A stretch of 59,111 nucleotides of DNA from Bryobacteraceae bacterium. Its GTDB lineage: Bacteria > Acidobacteriota > Terriglobia > Bryobacterales > Bryobacteraceae. The notes below the pieces were generated by a model. The model ran no database searches. It was not told where the DNA came from and saw only the letters and a list, made by a program, of their open reading frames with translations. Location of the stretch: contig JBEKDA010000036.1 in the NCBI GenBank assembly GCA_050014595.1, positions 1 through 59,111 of the forward strand, in the 5' to 3' direction. Position 1 is the stretch's first letter; each line of letters begins with the position of its first letter. Position numbers and translations under genes: made by a program. Below, in pieces: positions 1 to 8,726 of this stretch.

Positions 1-136
1 TGGTGACTTCCTCCTTGAGCTTGGCTTCGATGGTCTCGGCCTGCCTGCGGTTGGAAGTCCCGGTGGAAGACTGATGGCGGATGCCGTCTTCATAGAAGTA
101 CGACCACCAGACGCTGCCGCGTTTAAACAGGCTCAC
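1..136 (-). CDS. int: Phage-type tyrosine integrase, N-terminal part only (GTG start at 136, runs off the window start)
   Basis: Reverse-strand translation of 1-136 gives VSLFKRGSVWWSYFYEDGIRHQSSTGTSNRRQAETIEAKLKEEVT, a typical N-terminus of tyrosine recombinase/integrase family proteins. Its start overlaps the stop of the upstream Xis-like ORF by 14 nt. Confidence 0.65.
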   Translation of the reverse strand, partial: MSLFKRGSVWWSYFYEDGIRHQSSTGTSNRRQAETIEAKLKEEVT

Positions 137-551
137 GTAGCTTTTCCTCCTTTTGCTGTTGGTTTTCGATCCAGCGAATGATCTGATCCCTGTAAAAGAT
201 CAGTCGGCCGCTGGCGCTGAACCTGAAGTGGGGGAGACCTCGACGAGGGATCAAGGTCTGTCTTATGGTCCAGCGCGAGCAGCCGATGAGTTCGGCGGCC
301 TGTTCGATACCAAGGGGCTGTCCGAGCGCCGAAGCTGGCGGGCCGAAGGCCGGCGCGGGCGGCCGCAGAAACGGCCCGTGTTGCGCAGGATTCGGCCCAG
401 GTTGCCCCGGCCAATGCCCCGGCCAGCATTGGCCTAGGGATGGAGCCGAAAAGGGGCGTAAACGCGCGGGTTTGCGCGTCTTAGGCACTCCGGCCTTCGG
501 TTCAGTAAGGAACTGTTTTTTGTTCTTTGAATTCGGAAGTCTAGTGGCCAT
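123..551 (-). CDS. xis: AlpA/excisionase-family helix-turn-helix DNA-binding protein. Only the C-terminal ~65 aa are convincing; the Pro/Gly-rich N-terminal part may not be translated.
   Basis: The C-terminal segment LGIEQAAELIGCSRWTIRQTLIPRRGLPHFRFSASGRLIFYRDQIIRWIENQ matches the AlpA/Xis/MerR-like HTH pattern (…S..TIyrl...G.fP..…gr..w…dv..W). It lies immediately upstream of, and overlapping, int. Confidence 0.55.
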   Translation of the reverse strand: MATRLPNSKNKKQFLTEPKAGVPKTRKPARLRPFSAPSLGQCWPGHWPGQPGPNPAQHGPFLRPPAPAFGPPASALGQPLGIEQAAELIGCSRWTIRQTLIPRRGLPHFRFSASGRLIFYRDQIIRWIENQQQKEEKLREPV

Positions 552-978
552 GATCGTCTCGCTGAGAACGGCTGAACAAGCGGGTAAGGAATCGCCGCAG
601 GAATCTGGGCAGATGCATGTAGAGGTACCAGACGAAAGCCAGCATCAAGCCAACGAGCATGAACTGAAGTAGAAGCTGAGGGCTGCTGGTCAGGGCATTG
701 ACAAAGCCGATCAGGAACAGCAGCGTGACGCCGATCAGCACCAAGCCGGGCAGGGCCGACAGAAGCAGCAGCAGCGGGGCCAGCCACAGCGGAACCCGCG
801 GATGAGGCATGGAGAGGTCGCGGGAACCGCATTGGCTGCAGATCTCGGCATTGCGGGGATTGGGATGCCGGTGCGGACAGAGCTTGAGATTGTAGGACCG
901 CCCGCAGAAGTTGCAGAACAGCGGCTCACCCGGCGTGATGCGATGGCATTGGTTGCAATAGCGCATAAGGAATCTCAC
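541..978 (-). CDS. Double zinc-ribbon protein with two C-terminal transmembrane helices, function unknown
   Basis: The N-terminus has CxxC…CxxC and C…CxxC motifs (CNQCH…CNFCG, CPH…CSQCG), followed by two hydrophobic helices (LWLAPLLLLLSALPGLVLIGVTLLFLIGFV and LLLQFMLVGLMLAFVWYLY). Confidence 0.45.
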   Translation of the reverse strand: MRFLMRYCNQCHRITPGEPLFCNFCGRSYNLKLCPHRHPNPRNAEICSQCGSRDLSMPHPRVPLWLAPLLLLLSALPGLVLIGVTLLFLIGFVNALTSSPQLLLQFMLVGLMLAFVWYLYMHLPRFLRRFLTRLFSRSQRDDHGH

Positions 979-1754
979 AAAAGCGAGAGCCTCTGGCCGC
1001 CGGTTGGCCGGAGCCAGACCGGCGACCAGAAGCCGTCGCGGTGAATGGTTTCAAAGGTTGTGAACCAGAAGATCTTGTCCGTGGACTTGGCCACGGTCGC
1101 GCGGATGTTGGCCAGGCGCTTTTCCGAGCTCGCCACCACCAGCACCCGGACCTGCGGCTGTCCGAAGCGCTGGGTGAACTCGCCCGAGACGGCAAGCTGG
1201 AGGTAAGAGGCGGTTTTTTGCTGCCAGACCTTCAGCGCCTCGGTACCCAGGTCTACCTCCAGGAACATGGCGCGTATGGAGTCGCCTAAGGCGAACTCGA
1301 AGTAGCCATCCGGCGTCAATTTGATGGCTTCGGAGATGGACTGGCGGAAGTTGATCCAGCGGCGCAGGCGGGTGCCAGCCTGTGGAGCGGGGGCGTGTTT
1401 TACGGCAAGATAAATCTCGTTGATGCTGGTCTGGTGCTCGACAAAGGCGTCGCCGATAACGAGCCGGCCGGCCGGGCGACTGATGCCGCCGAGCTTGGCT
1501 GCCACGAGATCACCGCCTTTAGGCGAGAGGGTGTAAACGGCCTTGCGGCCGTGGGCGATGCTGCCGACGAAGAATCGGCGCAGAAGGCCGGTCCGGGTGA
1601 GTTGCAGCAGCCGCGCGTTGGCCCGGCGGGTGGAGCTGAAGCCGGCTACCAGTTTGGTCATTTCGCGGTCGATAATCCGCATGACGGCGAGTTCGGACAG
1701 CAACTGCCGGTCGCGTTCCTGGACCACTAGGCCCGTGCGCTTACTCCCAGTCAT
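975..1754 (-). CDS. Replication-relaxation family protein (plasmid/ICE replication module)
   Basis: ATG at 1754 gives MTGSKRTGLVVQERDRQLLSELAVMRIIDREMTKLV…LTPDGYFEF…EVDLGTE…, which resembles the replication-relaxation (PF13814-like) winged-helix family. The N-terminal 160 aa of the listed 419-aa ORF are out-of-frame overlap with the TraD fragment (R/S/P/T-rich) and are rejected. Confidence 0.55.
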   Translation of the reverse strand: MTGSKRTGLVVQERDRQLLSELAVMRIIDREMTKLVAGFSSTRRANARLLQLTRTGLLRRFFVGSIAHGRKAVYTLSPKGGDLVAAKLGGISRPAGRLVIGDAFVEHQTSINEIYLAVKHAPAPQAGTRLRRWINFRQSISEAIKLTPDGYFEFALGDSIRAMFLEVDLGTEALKVWQQKTASYLQLAVSGEFTQRFGQPQVRVLVVASSEKRLANIRATVAKSTDKIFWFTTFETIHRDGFWSPVWLRPTGGQRLSLL

Positions 1755-2856
1755 TGAGCACCTCCTCGGTCCGGCGGTTGGCCTGCTGCTGGCGCTGGCG
1801 GATTTCGGCCTCGATGTCGACGCGGCGTCTGGCCCAGCGCGCCCGACAGCGGTTGTACAGGTCGGTGTAATCACCGTCGAGGTCGGCGACATTGGGTACC
1901 AGCACTTCCTGGGGCCGGCGGCTGCCGCTCTTGATGACCAGGTGCCGCTTGGGCAGGTTCTTGAGCAACTCTGCGAGGCGCTTGCCGCCGTCGAGCGAGT
2001 TGGCCATCTTGTCTGCGTCGATGCTGGAAAGCTGAAAGAACGCGTGCGTGCCGACGGCCATGATGGCGGCGCGCATCTGCGCCGGATACTGCTCCAGGAA
2101 CTGGTTAGCCGAAACAACACAGATGCCGAACTTGCGGGCTTCGGAGAGCAGCGTGTCCAGGCCGGCATCATACGCGACAAGGTTTTGGATCTCATCGCAG
2201 TACAGGGTGAATAACTGCCGCCGCGTGCGGGCAAACAGGGCGTTCTTGAGTTTGGTCAAAAGCAGGCTGCCGAGGGTCGGAGCCTGTTCGCCGAGCCGCC
2301 CCTTGTCGAGGTTGAGGATCACCCACCGGCCTCGGTCCATGGCCTCCAGCAGGGAAAACGTCGAGTGCTGCTGGCCCAGGATGTGGCGGAAGCGCTGGTC
2401 CGTGGTAAAGCCCGAAACCTTATTTAAGATCGCGTCGCGGTAGACTCCCTGCATGGCTTCGCTGCGGGTGTCGAAGCGGGTGCGGAAGTAATTGGAGACT
2501 TCGCCGCTCTGCACCCGGTTGAGGCAGGCTGCCCGGAAGGCGGCGTGGGTGAGCAGCGGCGAGATCTCCAGTAGCGTGCAGCCGTTGTCCGCCAGCACGT
2601 GCAGGGCGTTGCGCAGCAGCTCTTCGGTCCTGGCCCCGAGCGAATCCAAATGCCAGCGCGCTTTGAGAATCTGCGCGAACTCGGCAAGCTGCACATAGCT
2701 TTGCTGGCCCGCCTGGGCTTCCAGCACGTTCAGCCCGACCGAAAATTCGGGGTCGCCGGGTTCGATGACGATCAGCTTTTCACTGAGGTCAGCGCCCCGC
2801 TTGCGCTCCTCCGCGGCAATGAGCCGCAACAGGAACGGCATGGTGTCGCGCCACAA
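1741..2856 (-). pseudogene. TraD/VirD4/TrwB-like type IV coupling protein. This is a C-terminal two-thirds fragment with no N-terminal TM region and no Walker A.
   Basis: Walker-B-like LYCDEIQN, the downstream VVSANQFLEQY (Q..QL motif) and HLVIKSGSRRPQEV match coupling-protein ATPases. No P-loop is present anywhere in the ORF. The upstream sequence is occupied by a serine-recombinase remnant on the opposite strand. Confidence 0.5.
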
Positions 2857-3520
2857 GGGGCATGTTTACTACCGCTGCCAAGTCCGCGATTGTCCAACCA
2901 CGTGCGTCCGAGAGGAGACGGTTGAGCAGGCCGTTCTTGCGCAGTTCGCCCGGCTCCACTTCGCAAACGACGAGTCCGCCTGATTCCGCCCAAAACTGGC
3001 CCAAATGAAACTCAGCAACACCGAGGAGCAGAAAAACATCGTGAACGCCTTGACGCTACAACTCGGCCAGATCGAGGACCGGCTGAATCGACTGACCGAC
3101 GCCTACATTGACCGGCTAATTGAGAAGGATCTGTTTGAGCAACGCAAAAGTGCGCTCCTTGTGGAGCGCACCGACGTGGAACAACGGTTGGCGGAGTGGA
3201 AAGGCGGCAAGCGCAATCCGGCGGACGAACTGCTTTGTTTCCTCGAACGCGCGGATAGCGCGTATTTGGCCTACAAACTGGGCTTGCCGGAGGAAAAGCG
3301 CGATCTGCTGGATTCCGTTACCTCGAACCGGCTGGTTTCAGGAAAAACCCCCGAGATCATGCTGGCTTCGCCATTCAACGAGGTCGCAAACCGCTTTGAA
3401 TGTACGAGTGGTGGCCCGCGTCGGAGCATCCCTCGAACCTGGCACGCCCTAATCAAGCGCTTGCTGACCATTGTCCCCGGCACACCGTTCGGCGCTCCAG
3501 TTCCGACAATCACTACCTAA
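2765..3520 (+). pseudogene. Large serine recombinase, C-terminal remnant (zinc beta-ribbon + coiled-coil), interrupted by an in-frame stop at 2984-2986
   Basis: GHVYYRCQVRDCPTTCVREETVEQAVLAQF is a recombinase zinc beta-ribbon motif. The downstream LTDAYIDRLIEKDLFEQRKSALLVE… and EEKRDLLDSVTSNRLV match the C-terminal coiled-coil/DAYIDG-like motif of large serine recombinases. Both pieces are in the same frame, separated by a stop. No N-terminal resolvase domain is present. Confidence 0.5.
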
Positions 3521-3791
3521 ACCCTCCGCCATTGGCATCCTTGGACTGGCCTGGTAGGACCCACGAATCGTGCCATTGTTGCATGGCGACTTTGGTCGTG
3601 GCACGGGCAGAGTAGCAGAAATCAAAATTTCTGCATAATAGGGAGAATGTGGCTCAAGTGCCACAATCCTGCTTTAACGGTGGATAACCTGGAGTCCCCC
3701 TGCCAGGACAGACGAAATTGCTGTGTGCTCGCTTCGTCGATGAATCGTTAGCCTACGGCCGCTGATAGCTTCTGCCGGGAGCGGTTTCGAT

Positions 3792-4184
3792 TTAGATTTC
3801 GATCAGCTGTAGGCTGGCCTTGATGGCCAAGTCAACCGCATGCATGCTGGCGGCGTCGGCTCTACCCAGGCATTTCAGCAGGCGTCGGCGGTCGATAGTG
3901 CGCAACTGATCCAGGCGGACGGTCGAGACGACCTGCAAGCCTGAAAGAGCCGAAGGCTGGATGACGGCCTCGTTTGGATAGGACGGCGTGTTGACCTTGG
4001 AAGTGATGGCCGCCACGATGGTGGTCTGGCTGTACTGGTTTGAGACGTCGTTTTGGATAATCAGCGTTGGCCGGGTCTTTTTTATTTCGTGGCCAAGCGC
4101 CGGGTCGAGCGCCGTGAGGTAGATTTCACCACGCCGCGGGTAGTTTTTGCCGTAGCTCGTTCTTCGTGTTCGAGTCTCTGCCAT
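3792..4184 (-). CDS. mazF: MazF/PemK-family type II toxin (mRNA interferase)
   Basis: RGEIYLTALDPALGHEIKKTRPTLIIQNDVSNQYSQTTIVAAITSKV…SPNEAVIQPSALSGL…STVRLDQLRTIDRRRL is a classic PemK/MazF fold signature. The start at the M of MAETRTRR (4184) is preferred over 4208. Confidence 0.75.
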   Translation of the reverse strand: MAETRTRRTSYGKNYPRRGEIYLTALDPALGHEIKKTRPTLIIQNDVSNQYSQTTIVAAITSKVNTPSYPNEAVIQPSALSGLQVVSTVRLDQLRTIDRRRLLKCLGRADAASMHAVDLAIKASLQLIEI

Positions 4185-4408
4185 ACTTCTTGCTCCACTG
4201 GAAACCACTCCTCGGCAAGTTCCAAGTTCAGCTTGGCGTTGGCCAGAGCTCCTGCTTTCAGCTGTTCTCTGAGATTGGCTGTACCTTCGGTCTTAACCAG
4301 GCGCAATACGGCTCGATCGATAAATCGGCTGCGATTGCCTTTGGGTGCCAGGCGGTCCAGCACGGCCACGGTGGCCTCGGGCAGGATGATGTTGATGCGT
4401 TTGCTCAT
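4082..4408 (-). CDS. Ribbon-helix-helix (CopG/MazE-like) antitoxin. The C-terminal ~30 aa overlap the toxin gene.
   Basis: The N-terminus MSKRINIILPEATVAVLDRLAPKGNRSRFIDRAVLRLVK is an RHH motif. It sits directly upstream of the MazF-like gene on the same strand. The first stop in frame is at 4082, about 100 nt inside the toxin ORF. Confidence 0.55.
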   Translation of the reverse strand: MSKRINIILPEATVAVLDRLAPKGNRSRFIDRAVLRLVKTEGTANLREQLKAGALANAKLNLELAEEWFPVEQEVWQRLEHEERATAKTTRGVVKSTSRRSTRRLATK

Positions 4409-4472
4409 AGGGGTGTTTGACGGTTAATTATAAACATGGATAGCATACACACTTCTAGTGTGCCTGTCAAAT

Positions 4473-4769
4473 TCAATGGTTGTCAATTTTGGGATGCCAC
4501 ACCGTCAGAGACCCAAAAGCCCAAATCGGAATCGAACCAAGTTTGGCTTGGCTAGCTCCGCTCCTGATTCCAGCAGCGGCCCTGCGTTTCGCTTGTGCCA
4601 GCAGTGGCATGACCACGACGGAAAAGGCGGCAACGATGACGCCGGGTATGCTCCGCTGCGGAATTTCGCGGCCGATCAGGGTGGAGCCGGATTTGTACAG
4701 GACGTAAACAGCAAGCCCCACGACGGGAACTGGTACCGCACGACTGAATCGCCATATCCGATCGCGCAT
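4473..4769 (-). CDS. Small two-TM membrane protein, hypothetical. Possibly the third gene of the MotB-like/SPFH operon.
   Basis: Two hydrophobic segments (VPVPVVGLAVYVLY, IPGVIVAAFSVVVMPLL). Starts 22 nt after the SPFH gene stop on the same strand. Coding status is uncertain. Confidence 0.3.
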   Translation of the reverse strand: MRDRIWRFSRAVPVPVVGLAVYVLYKSGSTLIGREIPQRSIPGVIVAAFSVVVMPLLAQAKRRAAAGIRSGASQAKLGSIPIWAFGSLTVWHPKIDNH

Positions 4770-4790
4770 GTACCTTTCGGAATTCGGTGT

Positions 4791-6437
4791 CTACCTCGAC
4801 TTCGGCTCGTTTGGATCCGGTGGAAGGCCCTTGGGTATGCCCGGCGGCAGGGCCTTCTGTGTCTGCTGATGAAGCGCGTCTATTACCGGCTGAACAATTG
4901 GAATCGTGCCCGTAAACGGATTCATGCTCACGTGAGAAATATCCACGTGCTTCAGTACTTCGATCAATCCGACCTTTTCCGGTCCGATGACACTGGCTAG
5001 TCCCTGCAGAGCTATCACCTGCGCCTCTGTCAGCGCACGAGCCTGGCTGGGCTCCAGGAAGGCCACCCGCACAGCCTCGAGCTTCTGTTGATAAATCGGC
5101 GGCAATATTAGTTCTTGCACTTCGAGCCTCTCTATCTCGATTCCGTAGCGTAGCGTCTTTTCGTTCAGTTTGTGTTCGGCTTTTCCGAGTTGCTCAGAGA
5201 AGTTTGGGAGAGCGTTCCCCTCTGGAAGCAGCTCACCCTCCGGCCCCCGCCGAACCTGCAGGTACGCTTGAACGTAAGGAGAAATCAGCTTCTCGGCTGG
5301 CAACTGATTAACTTCCTCTCGAAGCGTTCCCGCAGCTAATTTCTTGATCCAAAATTCTGCCGCTTCGCCAAGATTCTCATTGCGGTGCTGTTCACCTTCA
5401 TGGTAATCGGAAGCGATTGCCGATACATAAGTACCAGGGTTAGTAATCCTCCACCAGATCCCAACGGCGAGGTTCACAGCGAGTCCATCACTCGTAATAA
5501 TGGGATCACTCTTCCAAGTAGAGAACTGTGTCTTATAGGAGATGCGCCCCTTGTATTCCTGTCCCTTCCAAGCAGAAATGGTACAATAGCCGCCTTGCGG
5601 GTCCATCATTGGTACCAAGCGCTTGTGCTCTAGGAGGACGACAGTTTCACCGGGTTCCCAAAAAATCCATTCGGCATTTCCAAACCAGAAAGGAGATCTC
5701 TTCAAGCCTTTTCGGTATGCCCGATACTTGGCGCGTGTGCGGTCGGTTAATACCCAGAGTGCGGCCAAGATGAGCACCCCTGTGCTTCCTTCTATTGCAT
5801 AGTGAATCATTGTCTTGTTTCTTGTTTCATCCTGTTCTTGGGTGAGCTGCGCCCGCTTCTCGGCAGCGGCGGCGATCCGGTCGGCCAATGCCTTTCGCAT
5901 CAAATAGGCATAGTTCAATCCCTGGTCCTTGTCGAGGCCGGTCAGAACATTGGTGAGCTGGCCCGCCTCTTCGTATCGCAAGAATCGTAGCCCATCTTGA
6001 TAGAAACTCTTCGTGCCTGGATCAAGTGTGGAGTTCTGAATTAACAACGGCAAATTTGGATAGTCTTTGCCGATATCTCGATCTTCAAAGTGCTCCATTG
6101 CGGAGTTATAGAAGCTTTTGGTTTCTGCTTCGTAGACAGCATTGACTTGGGCAATGAGGCCGGATTCGAATTCCTTGCCCGATGCTCCAGCCAAGTCCTG
6201 CCACCGTTGCGTCACTCGTCGGATATGTGCGGTCCGGGCCTCCTCGATCTCGTTTAGTCGTCCAGGGTCCGAGAGCGCCGAATTGCGTTCACACGCCGCG
6301 ACATCGAGGCGCAGAAACGTCCGCCGGGCGGCGAACGCCTCAGTAGCTGCGACAAAGGCCGCCCAATCGGAGAGCGTGGCGTTTACTGCCGCGAGATCCT
6401 CCGGGGCCCTGGCTTTTGCGAGAGGCGCGCTGTCCAC
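4791..6437 (-). CDS. SPFH/band-7 (stomatin/prohibitin/flotillin/HflKC-like) domain membrane protein with a ~220-aa N-terminal helical domain
   Basis: Single TM (MIHYAIEGSTGVLILAALWVLT), then an SPFH core (VVLLEHKRLVPMMDPQGGYCTISAWKGQEYKGRISYKTQFSTWKSDPIITSDGLAVNLAVGIWWRITNP), then a flotillin-like coiled coil (ERLEVQELILPPIYQQKLEAVRVA…). Local GC is visibly lower than in surrounding DNA. Confidence 0.7.
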   Translation of the reverse strand: MDSAPLAKARAPEDLAAVNATLSDWAAFVAATEAFAARRTFLRLDVAACERNSALSDPGRLNEIEEARTAHIRRVTQRWQDLAGASGKEFESGLIAQVNAVYEAETKSFYNSAMEHFEDRDIGKDYPNLPLLIQNSTLDPGTKSFYQDGLRFLRYEEAGQLTNVLTGLDKDQGLNYAYLMRKALADRIAAAAEKRAQLTQEQDETRNKTMIHYAIEGSTGVLILAALWVLTDRTRAKYRAYRKGLKRSPFWFGNAEWIFWEPGETVVLLEHKRLVPMMDPQGGYCTISAWKGQEYKGRISYKTQFSTWKSDPIITSDGLAVNLAVGIWWRITNPGTYVSAIASDYHEGEQHRNENLGEAAEFWIKKLAAGTLREEVNQLPAEKLISPYVQAYLQVRRGPEGELLPEGNALPNFSEQLGKAEHKLNEKTLRYGIEIERLEVQELILPPIYQQKLEAVRVAFLEPSQARALTEAQVIALQGLASVIGPEKVGLIEVLKHVDISHVSMNPFTGTIPIVQPVIDALHQQTQKALPPGIPKGLPPDPNEPKSR

Positions 6438-6448
6438 AAACTCCTCCT

Positions 6449-6964
6449 CTAACCAAGTGCCACAATCTTGTACTCAGGAGGCGCAACACCGCACGATTTG
6501 AATTCGTACAAGACGGAACTGGCCCGTTTCGCGCTGAGATGCCAATTATAAAGAAAATAATCTCGATCTGTAGCGACGTTTTGGGGCTGCGTAGAATCAG
6601 TGTGGCCTTCAATCGAGATTTCAAGTTCTTTCGGATGGTTCTGAACTGCTCCGAGGAGCCCTTTACACGCTTGGGCGAGTCTCTCCCTGTAGGCACCTGA
6701 AATCCCATCGTCATTAGGGGCGAATTGGACTGCTACGTCCAAGCATATGTCGCCGCCACATGGCCGCGAGTGTCCCCCCAGATACTTTTCAAGCGCTGTC
6801 TGTCCTTCTTTCTGCAAGCGTTCGGCCTCCACATCCACAGGATTCCGCGGCCCTGGTCCAGGACCAAGGAATCCGGCAAACAGCATCAAGCCGCCGAATG
6901 TGGCAACCACTAGGCCCGAAAAAAGGTCCGCAACGGCAGGAAAGGGATCAACATGTTGTCTCAT
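6449..6964 (-). CDS. MotB/OmpA-like protein: N-terminal TM anchor, Pro/Gly linker, OmpA-type peptidoglycan-binding domain (C-terminally short)
   Basis: TM LFSGLVVATFGGLMLFAGFL; linker GPGPGPRNP. The OmpA_C-like core ELEISIEGHTDSTQPQNVATDRDYFLYNWHLSAKRASSVLYEF matches GHTD…LS..RA. The protein ends before the usual NRRVE motif, 12 nt upstream of the SPFH gene. Confidence 0.65.
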   Translation of the reverse strand: MRQHVDPFPAVADLFSGLVVATFGGLMLFAGFLGPGPGPRNPVDVEAERLQKEGQTALEKYLGGHSRPCGGDICLDVAVQFAPNDDGISGAYRERLAQACKGLLGAVQNHPKELEISIEGHTDSTQPQNVATDRDYFLYNWHLSAKRASSVLYEFKSCGVAPPEYKIVALG

Positions 6965-7199
6965 GAGGCTGGACCTCCCCCGGCAGCGTCACGTGCCTTC
7001 GATCGAGGCTGCTTCGAGCCGAACAACCTAAAGAAGAGACTACTTTTCTTCACCACATCGGTCAAATCGCCAATTGCCTCGCGAACCCGAACCATCTCTG
7101 GCCGCATAGGCCGTGCCTGGGTCGATAGGCAGACGCTTCTCCAGCACGATCCCATGCTCCCAACTGTCGCCCATATCGTACGTATAGGTGCCCCAGGGC

Positions 7200-7580
7200 T
7201 TGCATGACGTGGCTCTTGCCTACCCCGCTCCAGCCGACCAAGATCAGGTTGGCACGGCGCCGGATGAAATCGCCGGTGGCCAGTTCTTCAATCTGCACGC
7301 GGTCAAAGGCTCTCGGGGTGAACTGCCAGTCGAAGCTTTCCAGGGTTTTACTCTCGGCGAAACGGGCTTGCCGGATGCGGCGCGCCACGGCGCGTTCGCG
7401 GCGGGCGCCAGCCTGCTCACCCAAAAGCAGATCGAGGAACTGAAGGTGGGACAGGCTTTCTTTTTCCGCCCGGGACAGGAGTGCATCCAGCGAGGTGGCC
7501 TCCAGCGGAATCCCCAGCGTGGCGCAGTGGCTCAAGCATTGGTCACGCAGTGGAGTTGTCGTCTTGGTCGTCTTCTTCAT
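7200..7580 (-). pseudogene. istB: IS21-family IstB helper ATPase, 5' fragment ending just after Walker A
   Basis: LSHLQFLDLLLGEQ…KTLESFDWQFTP…RANLILVGWSGVGKSHVMQALG is the IstB N-terminal region plus Walker A. Downstream residues no longer resemble IstB (junction near 7200). No intact istA is upstream. Confidence 0.55.
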
Positions 7581-8562
7581 CGTCCATCGCCGTTTCGTCC
7601 AGCAGCGGCTGATAGTCCACCGTGGAGCGCACCGGCCGTTTTCGCCCGCGGGCCTCTTGCTTCTCGAGATGTCGTGTAGGATTCTCGATAGGGCCCATGG
7701 GAGGTGAACACTCCCAGAAGCTCAGGCCCTGGAGGGGAATGCCAATCCTCTCCGGGGCACGATGATCTCCGGTTCAGCGGACAATCAACACTCTATCTCA
7801 CAACGGTGGCGCTGGGTTTCCCCCCTGCGGCGCGGTTGTTTGTGCCGTGGTTGATTCTCTTTGAAACCAGTTGACTCTTTTCTGTAGACTTGGATCCCTG
7901 GATTCCGGCGAGGCCTATTTCTCAGAGAAATAGGCCAGCCCATTTTCGCGCGCCTGCCGAAGCCCCACCCTACCCTGATTCCCCGCTCTGCCTTCCTGAT
8001 CGTTGAAGCCTGCTGGTCCACTCACCGCCATCGATCATTCGCGCCCTGGCCCATGCTGGCTCCGCCAAAATGGCCCCTTCGCCCGCCGCCATTAACATAG
8101 CGGCGGAAAATGTCAAATGTGTGTGTTTGCGGTGCTAATGCGAACATCAGAGGCCCCGGTTCTTGGAGGGCAGAATCGTCGGCTCAAACTGACGGCTCAA
8201 ACTGACGACTTCTCGGAGATCGCCGAATCCACGCCACCTGCGCCGAGGGCAAACGCGCCCCGCGCCTCTCGAACCTTCCCCGGTTCCCGTCGTCCGGCAA
8301 CCATTATTAGCCCTGCCTGGCTGGGGGATGTTCTGGTGAAGGCGGGCGGGAGGCCGTACTTGCCTATGAAGGGGGAGAGTTACGTCATATTCGAAGGATG
8401 GTCGGCCCGCTGACACTTGTACTTAAAACCTCTTGCAGACCGTCGCTGTGATCCGAATTGATGAGCTGAGAGAGAAAACTTCGGGGGAGAACACGTCTAC
8501 AAGATTAACTACAGCGGCTCACGACCTGATTCCCAAATCCTGTCTAACCTATTGAAAAGGCT

Positions 8563-8617
8563 GGTCGGGCCGCCGGGATTTGAACCCGGGACCTCTTGCA
8601 CCCCAATCAAGGTGCCG
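8563..8617 (-). pseudogene. 3' fragment (anticodon arm to CCA) of a tRNA-Pro(GGG)-like gene. Candidate att-site remnant.
   Basis: The reverse complement reads GGCACCTTGATTGGGGTGCAAGAGGTCCCGGGTTCAAATCCCGGCGGCCCGACCA: an anticodon loop UUGGGGU (GGG), T-arm CCGGG-TTCAAAT-CCCGG, and acceptor 3' strand + CCA. No matching 5' acceptor strand or D-arm is found upstream. Confidence 0.55.
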
Positions 8618-8726
8618 TTTTTGATTTACGCACTGTTGTTGAATCTTGGGGAAAGCCACAGCTACAAATTCATCTACAGAGGGTTTTTCACGACCGTCCT
8701 GGATGGCCGTAACTCACTGATTCTAT

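Noticed and set aside
975-2234. N-terminal 160 aa of the 419-aa minus-strand ORF
   Set aside because: Overlaps the TraD-like ORF in another frame and is low-complexity. The credible replication-relaxation gene starts at the internal ATG at 1754.
2789-3004. Minus-strand 71-aa ORF that might be the missing N-terminus of the TraD-like protein
   Set aside because: The opposite-strand frame carries a clear recombinase zinc-ribbon motif (GHVYYRCQ…C), so the plus-strand reading is preferred. The minus-strand ORF has no P-loop.
3655-6472. Shared 17-mer CAAGTGCCACAATC(C/T)TG at 3655 and 6456
   Set aside because: One mismatch over 17 nt between two sites is within chance expectation for a 59-kb window (several such pairs expected). 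No supporting context.
8563-8640. Possibility that the tRNA-like sequence at 8563-8617 is a complete second tRNA
   Set aside because: No sequence complementary to the 3' acceptor strand (CGGGCCG) and no D-arm exist within 100 nt upstream. It is treated as a 3' fragment.
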